Origin: Halocafeteria seosinensis
Taxonomy: Eukaryota
Assembly: GCA_001687465.1 (NCBI GenBank)
Contig: LVLI01000229.1
Location: 248,001 to 302,361 of the forward strand
DNA length: 54,361 nt
Direction of reading: 5' to 3'
Shown: positions 45,551 to 54,361 of the stretch, one piece after another
Layout: each line of letters starts with the position of its first letter
Position numbering within the stretch: position 1 is the stretch's first letter
Notes under the pieces: generated by a model
Seen by the model: only the letters and a program-made list of their open reading frames with translations
Databases searched by the model: none
What the model was told of the DNA's origin: nothing
Made by a program: the position numbers and the translations under genes

Positions 45551-48500
45551 TTACATACTCTTGCTATTGATGAACGATTCTAAGCAAGTAACCGTATCTC
45601 TACACAATAAAGTCAGTTCACCCCTAGCTGCTGCTGGGACATCGCGTAGGGCTAAGAGGTCTTCACTATCGGCTAGGTATTGCACTTGTTCGAAACAAAC
45701 GAACTGACTCTTCTCACATCTAGGATAGCATAGTCTATCACTTAATAGCCTGCATCCCTCTGTGAGCGTTGTTTGCCTTCGTTCAGCTTCGCTAGGATCT
45801 GTGCATTGTGTATCGTCAAAGCGCTTCAACATTCTCGCCTTAGCATTGACAAGATCCCGACGCACTTGGGTAAGCTCCATCAACTTCGCGTTTTTCTGGT
45901 ACACCTTCTTCGCCATTTGGGGAAACGAAACAAGAGGGACATTCCAAACTGAGTCCAAAAATGCGGCGGCAGCCTTGCAAACTTTGAATTTCCTTACGTC
46001 TAGCTTTTGTACCATTCTCCACGGTAACGGCCTCATCGAATCGCCAAAGTCAGGCTTACAAACGAGCAACTCCAGATAGTTACAGTAGATAGCAGGCCGC
46101 CCAAACATGCCGGTGGTTTGTGTAGCGCCACAAATCGCGCATTGTCGCTTTTGCCACTTGTTGAGCGCAGGTAGGTCAGGTGGAGCGGAGGGTCGCTTGG
46201 TTAGCACTAGTTTTACGTGAATACTGTCACAATCCTCCGCTGGATAGTGTTGAATGTTGACACCAGAATCAATAGCGTGCCAAGGATGAATTTGTCCGCC
46301 CCATCTGTTTCCTTCTGTATGACAAGCATTGGGCTCATCGGAACTCCGCCTCGGTTTCTCCTGTGGGATTTCTGACGGGCGAGACACTGGAGTCATCGGG
46401 CTGTCTCCTCTGGATTGCGAAGGCCTTAGTGCTATCTGAGACCTCTGTGCTTTTTGCAGACGTTTGTACTGTTTCAGTGCACGCCTAAGGCGCATATCCA
46501 AAGTTTGCTCTGACGCGTATTCCTCCTGACTACTACTACCTGCTTCATTGTATAAAATCTGTTCGATCACAGCGCTGAAGGCAGGTAGCCGTTTCTGGAC
46601 GGATTCACTCTGCCGTGCATTCACGGTACCCTTGACCGCTTTTCGCTGAATGAAGTCAGCTACTTTCTGGCGCATTTGCTCTCGAATCGGATGGTCCTCG
46701 GGAAGCTCCCATTGGCGAGCGTTCGAGTCACCATTGCTACCCGTGTCACTCATTTGACGATAAATGGCAAACATTGCATCCTCTTCTAGGCACTCCTGAG
46801 CTGCTAGAGTGGCGGATGTACAGATGCTTTCCCCATCACTTTGCAAGCTCCAATCGCGTTCGGATCTGTCAACTGGCTGGCCACCCGCTCCATACGAAGC
46901 CGGACTTCGATATTCGAAAGACTGAATGCGTCCATCTTCCCCTGTGTTGTGTTCATCATTAGACTCGGAAATGGCACCATGGGAGCCCGCTACACCTGTA
47001 ACGTCCGACAAATCTGCTTCGGCTTCTCCATCAGCAGCATCAGCAGATGATCGCGCCGCGTTTTCATTTGTAGACCGATCGGGGTTCGGTGGCATCTCCC
47101 GGGTGTTTTTGTAGTCGGATTCTGGACCGTTGTGATGCTGGGCAGCAGAAATCAGGGGCCCTTCATCGTTTGATTGCACAGAAGCAGCATTTGGTGGTTT
47201 CTCTGGGACATTCAGATACTCAGACGAATGTCGTTGAGACGCACCAGTCTGTGGACTATTGCGCTGTTGGGCGGCAGAAGCCGTGGGGTGTGTAGTAGAA
47301 GAAGCATTTAGGGGTGTCTTCGGGGCGTTCTTGTACTCAGACGAGTGCGCTACGGAAGATCCGGTCTCCGGCGGGTTGTGTTGCTTGGCGTTATAAACAG
47401 GATGACCTTGGTTTGGATGTACAGTAGCAGAAGCATTCCCATTCAACGCTGAACCGGTTGCATTAGGTGAATACGCTCCTTTGTTGTTCAAGTCTTCTCG
47501 CGCAGAAGATCGTTCAACGCCATTTTCCTCTGCGGTTTCACCAGGAACGAAGTCACTCGTGCCTTTAGAAGGCGTCACCGAAACTGGCGCTGTATCATTA
47601 CTCGCTGTTGTGCGCGCTTGCCCATTCCTATCTGCATTGTCTGCATCGTCTATCCGCATTCCACGGTGGTCTTTCATATCACCACTCTTTCCTCTAGCAG
47701 TAGCAGGGGGAGTATTCGTCCTGGAGTGCATATAAGGCGCCTCCCGCACGACAGTCGATACACCACTACGTGGAACATTCGACGAGTTGCTGCGACTAGC
47801 CGAGACATTACTAGCACTATCGACTCCTTGCCTCCCCTCCTCAATTGTACCCCGTCGTATCCAGCTTGTATCAGGTTGGGACGGAACACTTCTCCGTCTG
47901 CCACCAATCCTTAGACTCTTCCGGGACGCACCTCCCTTGTTCTCCCGAGTAGCAAGTGGAGCTTCAAACGTGGAAGCACTATTCTCTGAGTCCTTGACGT
48001 CCGTATCTGATTTTGGATGCTGGAATGAACTGCGGTTACCAGAGATAACAAAGTCTTCCTCTTCCTTGGTGTTGCCGTTCTTATGGGCTCCTGTACCTCT
48101 TTCTTCGGTTTCAGTACCGATTCGATGATTTGCAGCACTTGTCCCAACCTCTCGTTGTGGTCCGCTTTCATGCATTTCTGGGGCATGCGGAGCATTTGAC
48201 TCGTCGTCGCGCTTTTCATTCCCTCCTTGTACCTCAGTGGCAGGCCGGTCCTTAGGGCGCTCCTCCTGTTGGGATTGTTCCTTCTGGCCCTGCTCTTGCT
48301 CCACTGTGCTAACGCTTTGTAGTTCACCAGCAGGCACATGCATGGCCCCTTTTTCTGGAGCAGGTGCGCTGCTCAGAGTGGCATGCTCCTGGTGCTCTCT
48401 GACAGGTTCACGGCTTCCGTTCCAATCACGTGGTTGGTGCTGCCCCATGGCCTTCCTAGCAGGAGCTGCATGTGTGAACTCATCCATGTTTATGTCGTCC

Positions 48501-50154
48501 AACTCCCGCTTCAGCTCATCGTTCTTCTCACTGCTCTCGCCGTAGGCGTCACCTTGAGACGAGTGATGCCCTCCGTGAGACTCAGAAACCATGTGTGAGG
48601 AGTCCCCAGAAACATTTCGTGACGTAGCAGGACCCTCGTTTCTAGGGAGCCCACTGCCGGTGTGAGTTGACTTGACCTCTGGTTTTTCTACTTCCGGGTG
48701 TTCAGTCGTTGCGGCGGTACTGTGATTCAATGTACTCGCAGTGGAACTGCCATTGCTCTCTTCATGGGAAGTCCTGTGACTTGCTTGGTGGCCATTCCGA
48801 CTCACTCTAGTTGCTGCATCAGTGCCATTAACATCCGGTTTTGCAGACTTATCTTGCTCAACACTTCCTTTACCTTTGCCGCGGATCCCCAAAGAAACAC
48901 CCTCTTTCCCAGCGCTCTGTAACTCGTTCTCAGGGCCAGCGTCGGCCGTCGAAAATTCACCGTTTGCTCCTGGTGGCGAATGGCCGCCATTGGAGGTATC
49001 ACTGTTCCTACCATTGATTTCTTGAAACTCATGGCGTTCCTCTGAGGTCTTAGGTGTGGGGCTTCCGTCGTTGGTTCGGTCGCTGTCTACTACATCTTCT
49101 TCCCCGGGAGACACCGGTGCTGCTGAGACAGGCTCCTTATCCGTAGCTGCGAACCCAAGCTCAGACACTGACATGGGCGGTGTGTCTCCTCGTGTAGCTC
49201 CGCCAGTTGATGAGAATGACGCGTCACCATTTTTCTGTTCATAGAAAGCTCTTTCTTCTTGATCTTGAGCTGGACTTTCCTGATCCCGCTCTGGCGGATT
49301 CTCTCCAGCTGCTTTCGAAAACATTTTGTACCAGTCATTAGTTTCTTCGTGGGAGATACCCTTGAAGGTATAAACCTTCGCCTTCTTCACCTTGCTATTC
49401 AACTTGATGCAGAATTCCTTCTCCTTAGATCCTCCTTGCTTTTTCTTCTTCTTGCCTTCGTCGATTTCGCATAATTCGACGTGAAAATTGCGCAGCGTGA
49501 TCTCACCTTTCTGGTCCCCGCCTTCGTCGAAATACCGGAGAATCCCACCATTGATAACACATTTCCTCGGTTTCCAATTACGGAACTGGAGCTTCTTGAG
49601 AAGAGTTCCCTCCTTGTATAATAAACTTCGAGACCATCCATCCAATTTCTCAATCCATTGGTCCCGTTCCACTTCATTATCGGCTTGGAGAATCAGTTCG
49701 TCGTGGTTTGTGGTTCCCAATCCTTTGACTTTGAACACATTCTTCCTCCCCAAAGTCTCCTCGGGGACTGTCTCAATCGACGCATTGGCGAGATTAACTT
49801 GACCTTTCTGCCTCGTTTCGGGGCTTACATGGTATGAGAGAATCCCGTTACTGCCCACTTGAACATACCGTCGTTTCCAATTCTTGCGTTTATGGCCGCG
49901 TTTCGTTAGCCACCCTGCACATGCGCATTCGGTCCAGAATGAAGTGAATAACCCAATTTTGTGGTACAATAACACTGTTATAGAGGCATAATGGAGCATG
50001 TAAACATACCATGAGCCAGTAATAAATTGCTGACGCGTCTCTGTTTGGAAGCTGATTCACGCCCATTGAGAGGGTCAACGACGTCCACGCTTCCGGAGGA
50101 CATCAAAGACACATTAGGGCTCTTGGTGGAGGAAGAAGACATGGAAGAAGCCAT
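45551..50154 (-). CDS. Tandem-PH plus Rubicon-homology (DUF4206) domain protein, PLEKHM/DEF8-like, with an internal KIX-like domain (~1502 aa)
   Basis: Exons 50154-50010 and 49914-45551. PH1: HGWLTKRGHKRKNWKRRY..ERDQWI. PH2: KEGTLLKK..NWKPR..ETNDW. RH motifs: QKRQCAICG, YCNYLELLVC, PLPWRMVQKLD and KVCKAA. The 3' end may carry further introns. Confidence 0.75.
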
Positions 50155-50849
50155 TGAATTAACCTGTATGATGGGAAAAGACCCTTCCGCCTCCGTTGGT
50201 CAAGACCCACAGGAGTCCGTTATTCAATCAAATTGCGGCCAATTCACACCAACAGTGTCTCTGTAAGTGCACGACACATTACAGCATCGATTCGCCCAAA
50301 AGTCGTTGAAAATGTCGGCGCAATCCTGCCCAATACACCATGAATAATAGGCGTCGGACCGCTTTTCCGCACCAACTTCAACTTGTTGCCGTTGGAGTGG
50401 GAAGTGGAAGCGGTGCGACGGGACGAAGGTGAAGTTTCTTGTTTTTGGTAACCATGGCCTAGGGCAAGAATGTACTTCGGGGATCCTCGCGCATTCAGTG
50501 CAAGATCCAGAGTGTCAACTAGAGTCGTCCCATTCTGCTTACCGAAAGGCATTCTACATCATGGATTCTGGGGAATTGCCATGGTTAAATACATATCACC
50601 GTATGCATGTAAAGGAAAAAAGTCACTCCGGTGAATTGTACTGCTTTGCGTTGGAGAAATAAAAGTAACGAAAAGGCAGTATAGGGAATGCATTGTTTTC
50701 TATTGGCGAAAATGTCCCCTTCCAGTTCTAAGTGTACTTGCAGGCGAAACGAAGAGGAAGCGAGGCCAGTGACTCTCGTGACGCCAGTGATGGACGTGGT
50801 AGCAAACGGCCCACCAAAGCACAGTTTACTATGCTATGGTAGGTCAAAG

Positions 50850-51810
50850 TGACAGTGCCAAGCCCACTTACAGGAGACATACTAACCAGAACCGCCGGAG
50901 GATCCCTCACCATCGCGGCAAAATCGAAGGCGAAGCGGACAAAATACGGACGTCTGAAGGCTCCTGCTGGGGAACAAATGAGATGCGGAACTTTCGCAAG
51001 CTGATGACGGCCAAGCTGTCAGTCACATTGATGCGTCACGACGTGAAGACACACACACATATGTGACAGATAGCCCACTGGCCGGGGAGTTGATCGCATC
51101 CTTTTAACGAGGAGCGGTGTGCGCCCGTGTTAAGCAGCGACGGGCCCCTGACGGGCCCACTGTTCCTGCAGCCTTGCTGACATGCGCCATGAGGGAACAC
51201 AACACTGGTTTAGCTCAGGAGGCATCGGAGGAGGAGCCATGCCTGCGCCAACGATGTCAGGGGTGCCGTTAAGGCTCAGTCTGGCAGGAGAAGGCCCTGA
51301 GCCTGCCACAGCGACGCCAGAACCGGTTGCAGCAGCGCAGGCTGGATTACACCGGTAAGTGTTGGTCCAGATGCAACAGTTGTGACCAATGACAAGCCAC
51401 CACCTGACGCGGGAGGTGGCTCCCCAGGAGTTCCGTCCACTTCAGTTTCGTCAACATAGCCCAGAATGTAGAGCTCGAGGTCGAAGAAGGTGCGGCTGCC
51501 AGGTCCTTCTGAAGTCACGAACCGTGCTGTCTACCCCCATCGGTCTGACAAAGTACGTCTTCGAAGACATCCGCTTGGTTTATGACTGGTGAAAGGTCAG
51601 CTGCACACATCAGTCCCAGCTCCGAGGGTACAGGTTCCAACACTGAGGATTGTGATTCCGAGGGCGCCGGCTGCCAGTTCAACGGGATATCAGTTTGATG
51701 TTGAAGAGCCTGGCGCTGCTTGCGCGGCGTTGGCATGTTGCGCCACGTTGGCGTTAATGTCCCCCGTTATCGAGAAGATGTTGGAGTGGTTCCGGGTAGG
51801 GTTCACCCCT
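50850..51810 (-). pseudogene. GC-rich decayed coding relic, possibly REJ/PKD-like
   Basis: A long minus-strand frame is interrupted by scattered stops. Segments GEPPPASGGGLSLV and RINVTDSLA resemble REJ-domain motifs (PPxGGxLxV, VTDSLG). Confidence 0.3.
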
Positions 51811-53084
51811 CACACGGCGTCGTGTAACCTGTAGCATACTGTACAAGTCTTCCGGTAGGAGCAATACTACTACTGTACATAGCGTTACCTGGAATTTTGC
51901 ACGGGGATTTCGCAAGTTCAACAAAAAACGAGGTGTTACCTACTTGAACGACTGTAATGTACACCACACACGCATACTGTACAGTGCGCACAAGGCAGGA
52001 ACAATACTATACACATAGCACAAAAGGTACGATAGAGAGCATACATGATTTCCTGCTACTTGATCCCCGCGTCCATGCTCGATGCACAATTTTTATTTTA
52101 TGTTGTTGTTTTGTACCTGCCGTGTGGGAACAGCGATTCTCCGCCCCCCACCATCTTGTACAGTACACACTGTATCGACTCCGGAGTTTGTGTGTCACCT
52201 TGCATCCACCAGGTTTGATAATCTCAGCGATCCGATTGGACCATTATGCTATATTCAGGGTGACGAGCTCGGGGCTGAACCGCCTTGCCCTCGATTTGTA
52301 GTATAGGTACGGCTGGCAGACGTACAGTACACGTGGGGCGGTGATAAAATCCCGCTGATACACCGTATACACTGTCTGTGTAACCCACACTGGTATTTTT
52401 CCAAAATTTAAACCACCAGCTATTGAATTAGCATGTTTGCGAAGAGATTTAATGCTTTTAAATATGTTACATGGGCTCTGTTTGTGGCAATAGCATGCTC
52501 CGTGGCGTTACAAGTGTCAAATTTGGGACAACTGTACAGAACGTACAGTTCAAAACTATACAGAATACGACTTCAACTTCAACAAAAGCAACGGCCAAAC
52601 TACTTTTTCATGTTATTCTGCCACTTTACGACACTTTGCTAACAGCATTTACATCAATTCTACCGATGAAAGCTTCATTATACCCAGATCGTTGTATATA
52701 CTGTACTTGGAGTGCTTCCGATACGTGTATTTCCGATAATCATGGCAGCAAGGTCTCCAACCGAGGTACGTGTTGCTGAACTTGAGAATTTAGCGCCCCT
52801 GGTTAGGATGATGGAGTGTACAAGCGCTAAGCCGGATACGGCAAAGCAAAGTCAATAACATTTCTCACCTACTATTCTCAACAGAGTTCCCAAGAGGGAC
52901 AGACGGCTGCTGTGGAAGATCGAGGACATCCTGCCACCGAGGTACTTCTATTTGAAATATCCAGCGAGGTGAAATGCTTAATAAGTCTCTCGTATGTGTA
53001 CACAGCAATCGTCTGAGGATACCTGTCAAATTGAACCGTCGTTGGAAGCATGTGGCGAAGCACTGAACGAAGTATGTACCCAGA

Positions 53085-54361
53085 TTGTGCCAATCCGTAG
53101 TGCTGCTCGGCCTACTACCCTGTTTCAAATATCACAGGAGCTTACCACAAACATTGGCACCAACATTGGACTCTATTTTCCCTCTCCCTGAATCCGCTGA
53201 AGATCGAGCGACGTTTTACAAGCTATGCCAACAACGACCTGCGTATATTGATGAAAAATCGTTCTGCGACTTAGTCAACAAGGTCATGGGCCCGATACGA
53301 ACGAAGCAGGAGCTAATGGGAAAGGCCGCATTAATTCGCGTGATCCTACGGCTGTATAAAACCTTCGCCTACTCTCGAAGCGGTGTGAAGGAATACCTAA
53401 CAGAAGCTGGCACTCGCTTGGGAATTCTGTACAAATGTAAATCCAGGTACGTATCGCCATCAGAGACACTGAAGCTTGCTTGCCGCTTATTTGGTGGCCT
53501 TAGTGATAATGCAGAGGAAGCACAAGAAGCGCAGTTGCGGGTCAGACCAAGAGAGAGCATACGAAGGAGCAGGCCGTTGCTGGGGCTGGTGACGCCACAA
53601 TGCCGTGCCAATTCGCGGTATCGTTGCGATGGGAGCAGGACCAGGTTACTGGAACGTTTACGTGTGTGACTACTGAAGGAAATTGGAAACATGCAGGCCA
53701 TGATAACGCTGCCGAGTGGAATCAAGAAATGACTGAAGCCCGAAAGAACGCAACGATTCGTAATAATTACATGTCCATCCCAGGTCTATCACTCACCAAG
53801 GCTGCCAGTGCCGCCAATCAGCAGGCCGTCGGTGGGGTAAAGATAACAGCCGCGACGAAGAAGCGGATTCAACGCGAAGCGTCAAATATTTTTTCATCCG
53901 AGAACGAAGAGCGTACCGTGATCTCGTTTTTCGAGAGGAATAACTGTAAATATCGAATTGTACCGGACGTTTGCGCATGTTGGTCGTCTCCCGCAATGCA
54001 AAAGTCGGCAGAGCTCTACCAGGATCCTATCCACTTCGACAGTACACACAACATTCCGATAGACGGTCTTCAATTAAACAAAAAGAAGGCACAGCTTTAT
54101 CAGTTCGTGACGCCGTCAAAAGAAGGTCAGGTCCTAGTTCTTGCGCAGGCGCTCGCTTATGGAGAAAGCGAGGCTGTAACCACCGTAATCCTGAAGTTCA
54201 TTCACGAGCTTCTGGGGGCAGTTCCGCCGGGCGTGATCATCTCAGATGATGCAGCGGGATTTCGAAAAGCTGTGCATGAGGTGTGGCCTCAGGGAATTCA
54301 TAAGTCATGTGGGTACCATCTGATTGTCAACTGGAACAAGCGATTCAGTAAGTTCCAGAAC
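53085..54361 (+). mobile_element. Mutator-like (MULE) DDE transposase, partial (runs off the window end)
   Basis: An open frame from 53510 to the window end is absent from the ORF track because it has no stop. It reads PCQFAVSL...WKHAGH (FAR1/WRKY-like zinc domain), then IHFDSTHN, VLAQAL and PGVIISDDAAGFRKAVHEVWP..HKSCGYH (MULE D..D-CxxH signature). The 53085 ORF supplies the likely N-terminus. Confidence 0.85.

Noticed and set aside
51830..52400. Recurring TACTGTAC/GTACAGTA words as an array or TIR
   Set aside because: The spacing is irregular and the words also occur in other intergenic regions; no partner TIR is visible in the window.
1..54361. CRISPR arrays, rRNA, operons or prokaryotic defence systems
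   Set aside because: No regularly spaced repeats or rRNA-like sequence were seen; spliceosomal introns show the DNA is eukaryotic.

Overview
This is eukaryotic nuclear DNA from a gene-dense genome with the standard code and mostly 59-84 nt GT-AG introns. A CFAP221 homologue indicates a flagellated organism; a protist, plausibly a stramenopile, is my inference only. I spliced about 12 intact genes by hand: a ~2870-aa secreted Cys-rich repeat protein, CFAP221/PCDP1, an Asteroid-type PIN nuclease, an ankyrin protein, a Regnase/N4BP1-type NYN RNase, an LRR protein, a Melted/VEPH1-like protein, an unknown coiled-coil protein, a GLUG-repeat mucin-like protein, a type-I membrane protein, FBPase and a PH-PH-KIX-Rubicon-homology protein. 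There are also two tRNA-Arg genes, several pseudogene relics and a MULE transposase running off the right edge. The most notable observations are: (1) clustered RxL motifs in spacers of the giant Cys-rich protein, suggesting a processed polyprotein; (2) an unrecognised duplicated 5-Cys extracellular domain backed by identical intron phases; (3) a Melted-like gene in an apparently non-animal genome; (4) a KIX-like domain in a PLEKHM/DEF8-like protein; (5) two recurring candidate promoter motifs. All family calls come from motif recognition by eye; no database search was run.
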